This document shows, in pieces, positions 16,512 through 26,872 of a stretch of DNA of 50,204 nucleotides. Where the stretch lies: assembly GCA_039590285.1 (NCBI GenBank), contig JBDHFS010000001.1:1-50204 (forward strand), read 5' to 3'. Within the stretch, counting starts at the first letter, position 1. Each line of letters begins with the position of its first letter. The notes beneath the pieces are model-generated. The model was not told where the DNA came from, searched no databases, and saw nothing but the letters and a program-made list of their open reading frames with translations. The position numbers were made by a program, and so were the translations under genes. The stretch comes from Gemmatimonadota bacterium. GTDB taxonomy: Bacteria; Gemmatimonadota; Gemmatimonadetes; Palauibacterales; Palauibacteraceae.

Positions 16512-17558
16512 ATGGCTCTGTTCGGCATCGGCCGGAAGAAGAGGACAGTCGGCCTGGACGTCGGAAGCGGCTTCATCAAGGTCGCCGTCGTGGATCATTC
16601 GGGCGCGGAGCCCGAGGTGGAGCGCCTGGTATTGCACCGTCTCGGAGCCGACGCGATCGTCGAGGGAGAGGTCATGGACCCGGGTCTCGTGGCCGAGACG
16701 ATCGACGCCGTGTTCGTCGAGGAGGCCATCCACGACCGGGATGTAGTGGCTTCCGTCGGTGGCCGCGACCTCATCATCAAGCCCATCCAGATGGACCGCA
16801 TGAAGAAGGCGGACGCGCGCGAGGTCATCCGCTGGGAGGCCGAGCAGCACGTGCCCTTCGACATGGACGACGTGCAGCTCGACTTCGAGGTCACGGACCC
16901 CGAGGGCGAAGGGCTCCAGATGAGCGTGCTTCTCGTGGCGGCGAAGCGCGAGCTCGTCGAGAACAAGGTGGCATTGCTCGAGGAGGCGAACCTCAACCCG
17001 CGCATCATCGACGTGGACGCCTTCGCCCTGCACAATGCGCTGGAGCTGAACCACCCGGACTCTATGAAGGGCATTTCGGGCCTCGTGAGCATCGGTCACG
17101 AGACGACCAACGTGAACATCCTGGAAGACGGCGTGCCGGTCCTGACGCGCGACCTGAGCTTCGGGACGCGCCGCCTTTCGCTCGATCTGCAGCGGGAGCG
17201 AGGTATGCTGGCGGACGAGGCCGAGACCGTGCTCCGCGGGGAGAGCGTGGACGAGAGGCTGAAGAACTTCCTTTACGAACGGGCGCAGGAAGTGGGACGG
17301 GGCATCGAGCGGGCCACCGCCTTCCTCGAGACGCAGGAAGTGGGCGCCAGCCTGGGTCGGCTGTACCTGTGCGGAGGCGGGGTACGGGTGCCGGGTCTCG
17401 TGGAGGCACTCGCGGAGAGACTGGGTGTCGAGACCAGGATCGCCAGTTCTTTCGAGGAGCTGCACGTCAAGCCTGGCGCGGCGGAAAGCGAGCGTCTGGA
17501 GGACATCGGACCCATGATGATGCTGGCCGTCGGGCTGGCCCTCAGGCAGGCGGCGTGA
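16512..17558 (+). CDS. pilM: type IV pilus assembly protein PilM (actin-like ATPase fold)
   Basis: MALFGIGRKKRTVGLDVGSGFIKVAVV... is a typical PilM N-terminus. Followed by pilN/O/P/Q. ATG 16512 preferred to the upstream in-frame ATG 16362. Confidence 0.9.
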   Translation: MALFGIGRKKRTVGLDVGSGFIKVAVVDHSGAEPEVERLVLHRLGADAIVEGEVMDPGLVAETIDAVFVEEAIHDRDVVASVGGRDLIIKPIQMDRMKKADAREVIRWEAEQHVPFDMDDVQLDFEVTDPEGEGLQMSVLLVAAKRELVENKVALLEEANLNPRIIDVDAFALHNALELNHPDSMKGISGLVSIGHETTNVNILEDGVPVLTRDLSFGTRRLSLDLQRERGMLADEAETVLRGESVDERLKNFLYERAQEVGRGIERATAFLETQEVGASLGRLYLCGGGVRVPGLVEALAERLGVETRIASSFEELHVKPGAAESERLEDIGPMMMLAVGLALRQAA

Positions 17559-17568
17559 GGCCGATTCG

Positions 17569-18216
17569 ATGATCGAGGTCAATCTCCACCCCGAGGGCTC
17601 CAAACGACGCCGCAGGGCACGGGGGCTGCCCAGCGCTCCCGGCTGGCTCAAGAGGGGCGCCGGCGACGGCAGGGACCCGTGGCTGACGGCCGCCATCGCG
17701 GTCCCGGCGATCGTCCTTCTGCTCATCGGCTGGCTCTGGATGTCGCAGCGCGGGGAGAGAGGTGGTCTCGAAGATCGGCTCGCGGAGGCCGTCGAGGACT
17801 CGGCCAGGCTGTCCGACCTTCGGGCCCTCAGCGACAGTCTGATGTCACGGGAGGCCCAGATCCGGGAACGCCTGGACCTCATTCAGGGACTGGACGATGG
17901 CCGGTTCGTATGGTCCCACGTCCTGGACGAGGTGAGTCGGGCGCTTCCCGACTACGCCTGGCTCACGGCGCTCCGCCAGAGCAGCCCGCTTCCGGATCTG
18001 CAGGTGCTGGTCGATGGCATGGCGGCCAACCCGCTGGCGATCACCGCGTTCGTCCGTCGCCTGCAGGAATCGCCTTTCGTCGGCGATGTGCGCATCCTCG
18101 GCAGCCAGGAGCAGGCGCTCGAGGGATTCAGCGCCCATTCCTTCAAGCTGATCGTGGGCTATGAGGCTCCTCCCGATGCCCCGGCACAGGGGCCGGAAGC
18201 CATGGAGGGTTCGTAG
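17569..18216 (+). CDS. pilN: type IV pilus assembly protein PilN
   Basis: MIEVNLHPEG.. conserved N-terminal PilM-binding peptide, a single TM (AAIAVPAIVLLLIGWLW), coiled region and periplasmic domain. Position between pilM and pilO. Confidence 0.85.
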   Translation: MIEVNLHPEGSKRRRRARGLPSAPGWLKRGAGDGRDPWLTAAIAVPAIVLLLIGWLWMSQRGERGGLEDRLAEAVEDSARLSDLRALSDSLMSREAQIRERLDLIQGLDDGRFVWSHVLDEVSRALPDYAWLTALRQSSPLPDLQVLVDGMAANPLAITAFVRRLQESPFVGDVRILGSQEQALEGFSAHSFKLIVGYEAPPDAPAQGPEAMEGS

Positions 18217-18218
18217 CC

Positions 18219-18824
18219 ATGGCGATCATGCCCCAGGACCAGCGCCAGCAGACGATGCTGCTCGTCGTAGTCCTCGCGCTCGCCGCCGGCGCGCTGTTCT
18301 ACAACTATGTACATCGGCCGGGAACCGCGGACCTGATGGAGCTGACGGACCGGGTGGACGACCTCGAGATGCAGAACGAGATCGCCGAGACCCGGATCGG
18401 CAACCTCCAGGAGCTCCGCAACCGCATCACGGAGACGGAATCGCAGTTCGATGTCGTCGAGCGGCTGGTGCCGTCGAATGCAGAGGTCCCCGCGATTTAC
18501 GAGGCCATCGCCACCGAGAGCCAGGCCCTCGACCTGCGGCTTCTGAACGTGGAGCCGAGTCTTCCGCAAGCCGCGGACAGTGGGGCTTACTTCTTGCGAC
18601 AGGAATGGCAGATGCAGGTCGAGGGAGACTACCACTCGCTGGCCGAGTTCCTGACGCGAGTGGCCTCTTTCGACCGGATCGTTCGGCCGTATGTCACGGA
18701 GGTGACCCCGGCGGGTCAAACGCCGAGTGGAAGACAGCTCGTGCAGGCTTCGTTCAACCTGGAGACCTTCGTGCTGGCTCCCGGCGCCGGGTCCGTGACG
18801 GAAGAGGAAGGCGGCGACCGATGA
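18219..18824 (+). CDS. pilO: type IV pilus assembly protein PilO
   Basis: Single N-terminal TM (MLLVVVLALAAGALFY), coiled-coil (LEMQNEIAETRIGNLQELRNRITE) and a ferredoxin-like C-terminal region. Gene order is consistent. Confidence 0.85.
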   Translation: MAIMPQDQRQQTMLLVVVLALAAGALFYNYVHRPGTADLMELTDRVDDLEMQNEIAETRIGNLQELRNRITETESQFDVVERLVPSNAEVPAIYEAIATESQALDLRLLNVEPSLPQAADSGAYFLRQEWQMQVEGDYHSLAEFLTRVASFDRIVRPYVTEVTPAGQTPSGRQLVQASFNLETFVLAPGAGSVTEEEGGDR

Positions 18825-19255
18825 GCGAACGATGGCGGATGGCCATGGTCGCGACACTGGTCCTGCTGGCAGCGCCGGGCGCGCGGGCACAGGAGTCGAA
18901 CGCGGACGGAGCGACCCCCGTTCAGGACGCTCCGATCGTGGAGCGGGAGGCGTTTGTTTATCCGGGCGCGGCCCGGCGCGACCCGTTCGAACCGCTCAAC
19001 GCGGGTGACGAGCTGGGCCCGAGGTTCGAGGATCTCGAGCTGAGTGGAATCATATACGGATCCGAAGCGGGCAGCGTTGTGGTGCTCGTCGACCGAACCA
19101 CGCAGCGTCGGTACCGCGTGTGGGAGGGCGATGTGATCGGTGGCGCGGAGCTGATGGAGGTCACGCCTGGCACGGCGGTCTTCATGGTCACCGTATTCGG
19201 CGTGAGCAGGCAGGAGACGCTGCGTCTGAACAAGGACAAGGAGCAGGGCGGATGA
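18821..19255 (+). CDS. pilP: type IV pilus assembly protein PilP-like (secreted, possibly lipoprotein)
   Basis: ATG 18821 overlaps the pilO stop (ATGA). Signal peptide MSERWRMAMVATLVLLAAPGARA. RDPFEPL motif and a beta-rich C-terminal domain (YRVWEGDVIGGAELMEVTPGTAVF). Sits before the secretin gene. Confidence 0.75.
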   Translation: MSERWRMAMVATLVLLAAPGARAQESNADGATPVQDAPIVEREAFVYPGAARRDPFEPLNAGDELGPRFEDLELSGIIYGSEAGSVVVLVDRTTQRRYRVWEGDVIGGAELMEVTPGTAVFMVTVFGVSRQETLRLNKDKEQGG

Positions 19256-20979
19256 TCGGCAAACAGGTCCTCGCGACACTTCTCGCCGCGCTGTGGGCGG
19301 TATCGCCCGCCGGGCGTGTCGAGGAGGTGCGGATCTCCCCGTCGGGAGATGAGACCGAGATCGCGGTCATCACGAACGGCGATGTGGAGGTCCGGGACTT
19401 CATCTTGAGAGACCCGGCCCGTCTGATTCTCGATGTTCACGGCGCCGTGAACGAGCTTCCGGAGGGTACGTTCGAGGGCATCGGTCGCGGAGGGGTCGTG
19501 CGGCTTCGAAGCAGCCAGTTCCGGGACGACGTGGTCCGGCTGGTGTTCGACCTCGCCGGGCCCGCCGCGTACCGGACCACCGCGCAGACGGGGCTGTTCA
19601 CGGTCCATTTCGCCAACCCGGGCGGAGAGTTCGAGCCGTGGAGCAGCGGATCGATCACGTCCGGCACCGTGGCCATGATGGATCGAGTTCCCGAGCCGAC
19701 GGTCGCGCCGACATCCGGAATAGCGGCCGCAGCGCCGCTGGCGCAGGGTGTGGAGCCGGAGCGCATCACGGTCGCGTACGACAGCGCGTCCATGCTCGAA
19801 GTGCTGGCCGGATTCTCCGAATTCGCCGGCGTATCCATCGTCCCGAGCGCCGAGGCGGCGACCGTCACGGTCCAGGGCATCGACATCAGAAACCAGCGAT
19901 GGGACGTGGCGCTCGACGCCATCCTGGCGGCGCAGGGCCTCGGGTGGCAGCTGCAGTCGGAAGGCATCCTGATCGTGGACAAGCTCGAAGGCTTGAGGTC
20001 AAGGGATACCCTGCAGACCGAGACGCGCATCTTCCGGATCAACTACGGGTCGGCCGATTCGGTCGCGGCGACACTCCAGGGCCTGGCGACGCCCAACCGG
20101 GGGCAGGTGGTGCCGTACCTGGGCGCCAACTCGGTCATCGTCACCGACGCTCCGTCCGTGGTCGCCCGTATGGACAGCCTGATCCGGAACCTGGACGTCA
20201 AGACCCCGCAGGTGTCGATCGACGCCAAGATCATATTCGTGGATCGCACGGACGTGCTCGAGCTGGGCATTATCTACGATCTCAAGGATACGCAGGGCAA
20301 TTCGATCAACGATGTGATCGCCGTTCCGGACCCGCTCAATCCGGGAGAGGTGACGAACGAGACCCTGGTGGACCTGGGCGGGAATTCGGTCGCCGTTCTG
20401 GCCAACGCCAACGACCAGGTCCTCTCGCCCTCGCTGGAGATTCTCGCGTCCGTGGCGTTCGGGGACTTCTCGCTCTCGGCGTGGCTCCAGGCGCTCGAGC
20501 AGCACAAGCTGTCGGACGTGCAGGCGGCCCCGACGATCCAGGTTGTCGACAATCACCACGCCCGGATTCAGGTCGGCGAGAAGACGCCGGTGCGTGTTCT
20601 GGATTCGGGAACCGGAAACGTACAGGCGCAGGCCACGGTGCAGTACGAGGACACCGGGATCATACTCGACGTGACTCCGCACATCACCAACAACAACCAG
20701 ATTCTCCTCGACGTGTCGGCCGAGCGCTCGGGCATCCAGACGGAGATACCGGACATCGGCTTCACCTTCCTCAAGCAGGTCGGCTCGACACGCCTGTTGC
20801 TGGACGATGGGGAGACGATGGTCATCGGGGGCCTGACGCTGAGCCAGGTGGACCGGTCGGAGACGGGGATCCCGATTCTGATGAACATCCCCGTAATCGG
20901 ACCTCTGTTCCGCACGACCAAGAACCAGGAGCGCAAGACGGACCTGATCATCCTCGTGACGCCGCACATCGTGGACTAG
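19252..20979 (+). CDS. pilQ: type IV pilus secretin PilQ
   Basis: ATG 19252 overlaps the pilP stop (ATGA). Signal peptide, AMIN-like domain ([43 protein letters not shown]), N-domains, and a secretin C-domain ending [36 protein letters not shown]. Confidence 0.95.
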   Translation: MIGKQVLATLLAALWAVSPAGRVEEVRISPSGDETEIAVITNGDVEVRDFILRDPARLILDVHGAVNELPEGTFEGIGRGGVVRLRSSQFRDDVVRLVFDLAGPAAYRTTAQTGLFTVHFANPGGEFEPWSSGSITSGTVAMMDRVPEPTVAPTSGIAAAAPLAQGVEPERITVAYDSASMLEVLAGFSEFAGVSIVPSAEAATVTVQGIDIRNQRWDVALDAILAAQGLGWQLQSEGILIVDKLEGLRSRDTLQTETRIFRINYGSADSVAATLQGLATPNRGQVVPYLGANSVIVTDAPSVVARMDSLIRNLDVKTPQVSIDAKIIFVDRTDVLELGIIYDLKDTQGNSINDVIAVPDPLNPGEVTNETLVDLGGNSVAVLANANDQVLSPSLEILASVAFGDFSLSAWLQALEQHKLSDVQAAPTIQVVDNHHARIQVGEKTPVRVLDSGTGNVQAQATVQYEDTGIILDVTPHITNNNQILLDVSAERSGIQTEIPDIGFTFLKQVGSTRLLLDDGETMVIGGLTLSQVDRSETGIPILMNIPVIGPLFRTTKNQERKTDLIILVTPHIVD

Positions 20980-21044
20980 GCGGGAACACGGACGACCCCT
21001 CCCGGGCGCGCGGCCGCGCGACGGAGGAGAGCGTGGGAGAGAGC

Positions 21045-21077
21045 GCGGGGCCCGAGTCGATCGGGCCCCGCGTTTTG
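21045..21077 (+). terminator. rho-independent terminator after pilQ
   Basis: GCGGGGCCCG (21045-21054), 7-nt loop, CGGGCCCCGC (21062-21071), followed by GTTTTG. Confidence 0.7.
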
Positions 21078-21142
21078 CGTTCGCGTCCGTCACGGTATAC
21101 TTGAGGCCGTTTCGATCCAGGGACGCAACCCGGGAAGCCACA

Positions 21143-22348
21143 ATGTTCCAGCACGTTCGATTCACGACCGCCGGAGAGTCGCACGGAAGGGGAGTGCTCG
21201 TCATCGTCGACGGCATCCCCGCTGGCCTGGCGCTCACGCCCGACGACATCGCGGCGGATCTGGCAAGGCGCCAGCTCGGCTACGGCAGGGGGGGGCGAAT
21301 GGCGATCGAGCGCGATGCCGGCGAGATCCTGTCTGGTGTGCGCCTGGGTGAGACGCTCGGGTCGCCGATCACGGTGTGGATCCAGAACCGCGACCACCAG
21401 AACTGGCTAACGGCCATGTCCGTGGAGGCGCAGCCGGAGGCGGACGACGAGGCCCTGCGCCGGGTCTACCTTCCGCGGCCCGGTCACGCCGACCTGGTGG
21501 GCATGCTGAAGTACGATCGGGCGGACGCCCGGGACATCCTGGAGCGATCGAGCGCCCGTGAGACGTCCGCGCGGGTGGCCGCGGGCGCCGTGGCCCGCCG
21601 TCTACTCGCCGAGCTGGACATCGTCATCGGGAGTCACGTGACCCGGATCGGTCCGGAGGAAGCGGAGCCCCCTGACACCCTGCCGGAGGACATCAACTCG
21701 GCCGCCGACGACTCGCCTCTCCGGTGTATCGATGAGGCGGCGGAGGGCCGTATGACCGACGCCATCGACGCGGCACGCGAGGCGGGGGATACCCTGGGGG
21801 GGGTCTTTGAGGTGGTGGCCACGGGGGTCCCGGTGGGTCTCGGCAGCCACATCTCGTGGGATCGGCGCCTCGACGGCCGGCTGGCCGGAGCGCTCATGTC
21901 CATCCAGGCCATGAAGGGGGTGGAGATCGGACTCGGCTTCGAGGCGGCGCGTCGACGCGGTTCCGCGGTTCACGACGAGATCGAAGCCGCTCCCGGGCGA
22001 CACCTCACCGCGGGATTCCGCCGGTTGCGCAACCACGCGGGTGGACTCGAGGGAGGGACGACGACGGGTGAGCCCCTCGTCGTGCGGGCGGCGATGAAGC
22101 CTCTCAGCTCGCTCACCCGCCCGCTGGCCAGCGTGGATGTGCGCACGGGCGAGCCCACTCAGGCGGTTCGGGAGCGCAGCGACGTGTGCGCCGTTCCGGC
22201 CGCGGCCGTCGTGGGAGAGGCGATGGTCGCCCTGGTCCTGGCCGACGCCGTGAGCGAGAAATTCGCGGGTGACTCGATGGCTGAGCTGAGACACAACTAC
22301 GAAGGGTATCTGGACCGGGCCGGGGAGCGAGCGAAGGGGTGGGAGTGA
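21143..22348 (+). CDS. aroC: chorismate synthase
   Basis: [29 protein letters not shown]... with [19 protein letters not shown] and ERSSARETS signatures. ATG 21143 lies within ORF 21101..22348. Confidence 0.95.
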   Translation: MFQHVRFTTAGESHGRGVLVIVDGIPAGLALTPDDIAADLARRQLGYGRGGRMAIERDAGEILSGVRLGETLGSPITVWIQNRDHQNWLTAMSVEAQPEADDEALRRVYLPRPGHADLVGMLKYDRADARDILERSSARETSARVAAGAVARRLLAELDIVIGSHVTRIGPEEAEPPDTLPEDINSAADDSPLRCIDEAAEGRMTDAIDAAREAGDTLGGVFEVVATGVPVGLGSHISWDRRLDGRLAGALMSIQAMKGVEIGLGFEAARRRGSAVHDEIEAAPGRHLTAGFRRLRNHAGGLEGGTTTGEPLVVRAAMKPLSSLTRPLASVDVRTGEPTQAVRERSDVCAVPAAAVVGEAMVALVLADAVSEKFAGDSMAELRHNYEGYLDRAGERAKGWE

Positions 22349-22377
22349 CCGACGCCGGTCGGTCGGGCGCTGGAGAA

Positions 22378-22884
22378 ATGCCCGGGCCGATCGTGCTCGT
22401 GGGCCTGAGCGGCTCCGGAAAGACGGTCGTGGGCCACCGCCTGGCCGAGCGACTCGGGTGGCTGTTCCTGGACGTGGACGCGGAGGTCGAACGGCGCGCG
22501 GGTTGCCGAATCGAGACCATCTTCACACGGCAGGGCGAGCAGATGTTCCGGGATCTCGAGGCCGAGGTGACCAGCTCGGTCGCGCTCCCCAGGGAAGCGG
22601 TCGTATCCACTGGCGGCGGCTGGATGGCCCGCCCGGAATTGCGTGAATCCTGGTCCGGAGCGGTCCACGTGTGGCTGCGTGTCGAGCCCGCCGAGGCCGC
22701 CGCCCGCCTGGGAGGAGAACCGGGCACGCGGCCGCTGCTGGATGGACCGGATCCGCTCTCGGCGCTGGAAGGACTGCTGGCGTCACGGTTGCCGGCATAC
22801 ACGCTCGCCGAGTATACGGTAGGTACGGACGGGCTCACTCCGGAGCAGGTCGTGGAGGCCGTTCTGGCCGCGCTGAAGGATTGA
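22378..22884 (+). CDS. aroK: shikimate kinase
   Basis: MPGPIVLVGLSGSGKTVVGHRLAERLGWLFLDVD (Walker A). FRDLEAEV and STGGG motifs. ATG 22378 follows GGAGAA. GTG 22339, which overlaps the end of aroC, is an alternative start. Confidence 0.9.
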   Translation: MPGPIVLVGLSGSGKTVVGHRLAERLGWLFLDVDAEVERRAGCRIETIFTRQGEQMFRDLEAEVTSSVALPREAVVSTGGGWMARPELRESWSGAVHVWLRVEPAEAAARLGGEPGTRPLLDGPDPLSALEGLLASRLPAYTLAEYTVGTDGLTPEQVVEAVLAALKD

Positions 22885-22926
22885 TGGCGCGGAACCAGGC
22901 GGCCGTACTCGCATACACGAGAGGCG

Positions 22927-25497
22927 ATGTCTATCGAGAAGAAGGGAAAGCACCTGGTCATCGTTGAATCGCCCGCCAAGGCGCGGACGATCAGCCGCTA
23001 CCTGGGCGACGACTACGTGGTCGAGGCCTCCGTGGGCCACGTCATGGACCTCCCGAAGACGGGCATGGCGGTCGACACGGAAAACGACTTCGAGCCCAAG
23101 TACGTGGTCATTCGTGGCAAGGGGCCGGTGCTGAAGAAGCTTCGGGCCGAAACGAAGAAGGTGGACGATATACTCCTCGCCACCGATCCGGATCGCGAGG
23201 GCGAGGCCATCGCCTATCACATCGCGCTCCAGCTCGGTTACGAGAAGAACGATGGCCGCCGATTCAAGCGGGTGACGTTCAACGAGATCACGCGCAAGGC
23301 GGTGCTCGACGCCATCGCGACGCCGGGGCAGATCGATGTGCGCCGGGTGGACGCACAGCAGGCCCGCCGCATCCTCGATCGCCTGGTCGGCTACGGTCTG
23401 TCGCCACTGCTGTGGAAGAAGATCTCTCCCGTCGACCCGATCAGCCGCAAGCCGCTCTCCGCGGGCCGGGTGCAGTCGGTGGCCGTCCGGCTCACCGTGG
23501 AGCGTGAGCGCGACCGCCGGGCCTTCCGCACCGCCGCCTGGTGGAACCTCGAGGCGACCCTGGAACAGGCTGGAGCCGCTTTCTCGGCGCGACTCACAGC
23601 CGTCGACGGAACGCGAGTCGCCGAAGGAAAGGACTTCGACCCGGCCACAGGGAATCTCCGTGACGACTCGGACGTGCTGGTGATGAGCGAGCCCGAGGCC
23701 GTCGATCTGATCGACCGCCTGACCGCGGCCGCGTGGACGGTGACGGACGTCGAGGACAAACCGGTCAAGCGCAGACCGTGGGCGCCGTTCACTACGGTGA
23801 CCCTGCAGCAGGATGCCAACCGCAAGCTGAACCTCCCGGCTCGCGAGACGATGCGAGTCGCCCAGAGACTGTACGAGGCCGGTCACATCACGTACATGCG
23901 GACGGACTCCACACATCTCTCGGGCCAGGCTATCAGCGCGGCCCGGAGGCGCATCGAGCTGATGTACGGGTCGGAGTTCGTTCCGGAGAAGCCCCGGCAC
24001 TACGCGACGAAGAATCGAGCGGCGCAGGAAGCGCACGAGGCCATACGACCTGCCGGCACCCGCATGCCGACGTCCGGGGAACTGAAGCTGAAGGGAGTGG
24101 AGAAGGCGCTGTTCGACATCATCTGGAAGCGAACCGTGGCCAGCCAGATGGCGGACGCGATCGAGCGGCGCATGGCCGTGGCGATCATGGCGGACGGCGC
24201 CGAGTTCCGGGCCAACGGCAAGCTCCTCCAGTTCCCGGGTTTCCTGCGAGTCTACGTCGAGGGATCGGACCATCCGGAAGAGGCCCTGGAGGACCGCGAC
24301 GTGATCCTTCCGCCCCTGAAGCCGGGGGACCATCCGAAGCTCATCGGCGTGGAGCCGTCCGGACACGAGACGAAGCCGCCCTCCCGGTACACGGAGCCGA
24401 CGCTGGTAGCGACGCTGGAGGCGGACGGCGTCGGGAGGCCGAGCACCTACGCCGCGATCCTGTCCAACATCGTCGATCGGGGCTACGTGCAGCGGCAGGG
24501 CAAGCAGCTCGTGCCGACGTTTACGGCCTTCGCCGTCACTCACCTTCTGGAGGATCACTTTCCCGATCTGGTGGACATCGGGTTCACCTCCGAGATGGAG
24601 GGAGCCCTCGACGCGATCGCGGAAGGCCGCATCGATTGGCGCGAGTACCTGAGGCGCTTCTACGACGGAGAAGACGGGTTCGAGGCACGTCTGGAGAAGA
24701 GGGGATCGGAGATCGATCCTCGAGAGGCTTCCACCGTGCGCCTGCTCGACATGGACGCGGGAATCCGCATAGGGCGGTACGGTCCGTACCTGGAGGCGGA
24801 GCGGGACGGAGAGGCCGTCACCGCGTCGATCCCGCCGGATGTGGCCCCGGCCGATTTCTCCGCCGAGCAGGCGGCCGAGCTTCTGGCGCGGAAGGCGGAA
24901 GGTCCCCGGGAGGTCGCCAGGGACCCCGGGACGGACCGGCCCATCTTCTGCATGACCGGTCGGTTCGGGCCGTACGTACAGCTGGGCGAGGTGGAGGAAG
25001 GAAGCGACAAGCCGAAGCGAGTGTCGCTTCCGAAGGGGATGGACCCGGACGAGCTCACCGAAGCACAGGCGATAGGTCTCATCGGGCTTCCGCGTGAGCT
25101 CGGAACACACCCGGAGAGCGGTGAGCCCGTTCAGGCAGGCATCGGCCGCTACGGACCGTACATCGTTCACGACGGGGACTTCCGCTCGCTCACGGCCAAG
25201 GACGACGTCCTGACCGTGGATCTGGACCGGGCACTGGAACTGCTCTCCCGGCCCAAGGGCGGTCGCCGCCGCTCCCCTCCGAAGCCGCTTCGCGAGCTGG
25301 GTGCCCACCCGGACGACGGCGAGCCGGTGCAATTGATGGACGGCCGGTACGGACCGTACGTCAGGCACGGAAAGCTCAACGCCTCCCTGCCGAAGGACTT
25401 GTCGGCGGACAAGGTCACTCTCGAACAGGCGCTCGATCTGCTGGCGGCGCGCGCCGCCAGCGGCGGGACCCGAAAGCGCCGCCGCGGGAAGGGCTGA
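22927..25497 (+). CDS. topA: DNA topoisomerase I
   Basis: Toprim N-terminus MSIEKKGKHLVIVESPAKARTISRYLG, DPDREGEAI, and the active-site region GHITYMRTDS. The C-terminal region has four GR(Y/F)GPY repeats and a basic tail. Confidence 0.97.
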   Translation: MSIEKKGKHLVIVESPAKARTISRYLGDDYVVEASVGHVMDLPKTGMAVDTENDFEPKYVVIRGKGPVLKKLRAETKKVDDILLATDPDREGEAIAYHIALQLGYEKNDGRRFKRVTFNEITRKAVLDAIATPGQIDVRRVDAQQARRILDRLVGYGLSPLLWKKISPVDPISRKPLSAGRVQSVAVRLTVERERDRRAFRTAAWWNLEATLEQAGAAFSARLTAVDGTRVAEGKDFDPATGNLRDDSDVLVMSEPEAVDLIDRLTAAAWTVTDVEDKPVKRRPWAPFTTVTLQQDANRKLNLPARETMRVAQRLYEAGHITYMRTDSTHLSGQAISAARRRIELMYGSEFVPEKPRHYATKNRAAQEAHEAIRPAGTRMPTSGELKLKGVEKALFDIIWKRTVASQMADAIERRMAVAIMADGAEFRANGKLLQFPGFLRVYVEGSDHPEEALEDRDVILPPLKPGDHPKLIGVEPSGHETKPPSRYTEPTLVATLEADGVGRPSTYAAILSNIVDRGYVQRQGKQLVPTFTAFAVTHLLEDHFPDLVDIGFTSEMEGALDAIAEGRIDWREYLRRFYDGEDGFEARLEKRGSEIDPREASTVRLLDMDAGIRIGRYGPYLEAERDGEAVTASIPPDVAPADFSAEQAAELLARKAEGPREVARDPGTDRPIFCMTGRFGPYVQLGEVEEGSDKPKRVSLPKGMDPDELTEAQAIGLIGLPRELGTHPESGEPVQAGIGRYGPYIVHDGDFRSLTAKDDVLTVDLDRALELLSRPKGGRRRSPPKPLRELGAHPDDGEPVQLMDGRYGPYVRHGKLNASLPKDLSADKVTLEQALDLLAARAASGGTRKRRRGKG

Positions 25498-25522
25498 TCC
25501 GGAGGACGCTCCGATCGAGACG

Positions 25523-26872
25523 GTGGATAGAAGGGTCACGGTAGTGGGTGGCGGCCTCGCCGGCTCCGAGGCGGCGTGGCGGCTGGCGCGCCTCGGCTAC
25601 AGAGTCGATCTGTTCGAGATGCGACCGGTCACGGGGACGCCCGCCCACGAGACCGATCGCCTGGCCGAGATCGTCTGCACCAATTCGTTCAAATCCGAGA
25701 GCCTCGACACTCCGCACGGCCTTCTCAAGGCCGAGATGAGGCGACTCGGGTGCTTTCTCCTGGACGTGGCGGCCCGGTGGCGGGTGCCGGCTGGCAGCGC
25801 CCTGGCCGTGGACAGACGCCTTTTCTCCGCCGACGTCACGGATCGGCTGGAGAAGGAGGAGCGGATTACGATCGTGCGCGAGGAGTCGACCGAACTGCCG
25901 GAGGCTCCGGCGATCGTGGCGACCGGGCCCCTGACCTCGGACGCTCTTTCAGAGGCGATTCGCGAGGCGCTGGGGACGGAAGGGCTCGCCTTCTTCGACG
26001 CCATCGCGCCGATCTTCTCACGCGAGTCGATCGACGAGGATTCAGTGTGGCTCGGATCCCGGTACGGTAAGGGGGAGGCCGCGTATCTGAACTGCGCGAT
26101 GGACGAGCCGACCTACGACGCGTTCCTGGATGCCCTCCTGGAGGCGGACGTCCACGAGGGTCACGACTGGGAAGGCGTGCCGTACTTCGAGGGCTGCCTG
26201 CCGGTCGAAGTCATGGCGCGCCGCGGCCGCGACACGCTCAGGTTCGGGCCCCTTCGTCCCGTGGGCCTGGATGATCCGCGGACGGGCCGCCGAGCTCACG
26301 CCGTGGTCCAGCTACGGGCGGAGGACCGGGGGGGGCGCATGTGGAACCTGGTCGGCTTCCAGACGCGCCTTCGCAGGGGTGAGCAGGAGCGGGTGTTCCG
26401 GATGATCCCGGGCCTGGAGAAGGCCGAGTTCCTGCGGTATGGATCGATTCACCGCAATTCGTACCTCTGCCACCCTCTCCTCCTCGATCCCCACGGAGGT
26501 GTTCCGGGCCAGCCCGGTCTCCTCTTCGCGGGGCAGCTTACCGGGGTGGAGGGGTATACGGAATCGATAGCCAGCGGACTCATGGCAGCGGTAAACCTGG
26601 ACAGGATCCTGCGCGGCGAGTCGCCGGCCGTGCCGCCCCCGACGACCATGCTGGGCGGCCTGTACCGCTACCTGAGGGATGCGGACCCTCAGCACTTTCA
26701 GCCGATGAACGCCAACTTCGGACTGCTCGACGGTCTCGCGACGCGAGTGCGCGGCGGCCGGAAGGCGAGGCGCCTGGCCTACTCGGAGCGAGCCATGCGA
26801 GACTTCGACGCGTGGGCGGATGCCCATGTGCCACATACGCCGGCTCCGGCCGAGATTCCGGCTGAATCATGA
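25523..26872 (+). CDS. trmFO: methylenetetrahydrofolate--tRNA-(uracil-5-)-methyltransferase TrmFO (Gid)
   Basis: VTVVGGGLAGSEAAWRLA FAD-binding fold, EIVCTNSFKS, and GQLTGVEGYTESIASG. GTG start 25523. Confidence 0.9.
   Translation: MDRRVTVVGGGLAGSEAAWRLARLGYRVDLFEMRPVTGTPAHETDRLAEIVCTNSFKSESLDTPHGLLKAEMRRLGCFLLDVAARWRVPAGSALAVDRRLFSADVTDRLEKEERITIVREESTELPEAPAIVATGPLTSDALSEAIREALGTEGLAFFDAIAPIFSRESIDEDSVWLGSRYGKGEAAYLNCAMDEPTYDAFLDALLEADVHEGHDWEGVPYFEGCLPVEVMARRGRDTLRFGPLRPVGLDDPRTGRRAHAVVQLRAEDRGGRMWNLVGFQTRLRRGEQERVFRMIPGLEKAEFLRYGSIHRNSYLCHPLLLDPHGGVPGQPGLLFAGQLTGVEGYTESIASGLMAAVNLDRILRGESPAVPPPTTMLGGLYRYLRDADPQHFQPMNANFGLLDGLATRVRGGRKARRLAYSERAMRDFDAWADAHVPHTPAPAEIPAES

Noticed and set aside
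16008-17882. 624-aa minus-strand ORF opposite pilM/pilN, plus similar long antisense ORFs (3096..4628 opposite pilR, 28276..30021 opposite hslU, 31508..33259 opposite the sigma-54 activator, 38554..40062 opposite htrA, 47695..49353 opposite the CBS protein)
   Set aside because: Each mirrors a well-supported gene on the other strand. Each has off-frame-like composition (R, P, G, H, D, L rich), lacks RBS or motif support, and would leave no room for the real genes.
21007-21020. Perfect 14-bp palindrome CGCGCGGCCGCGCG downstream of pilQ
   Set aside because: It has no loop, lies just before the real terminator, and is the kind of short GC palindrome expected by chance in this composition. No second copy was seen in the window.
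22783-25539. 918-aa ORF on the minus strand covering the whole of topA
   Set aside because: It is the antisense frame of a clearly genuine, motif-rich gene. Its translation is Arg/Leu/Gly/Pro/Val-rich low-information text with no recognisable motif. Stop-poor antisense frames are expected in high-GC genes.
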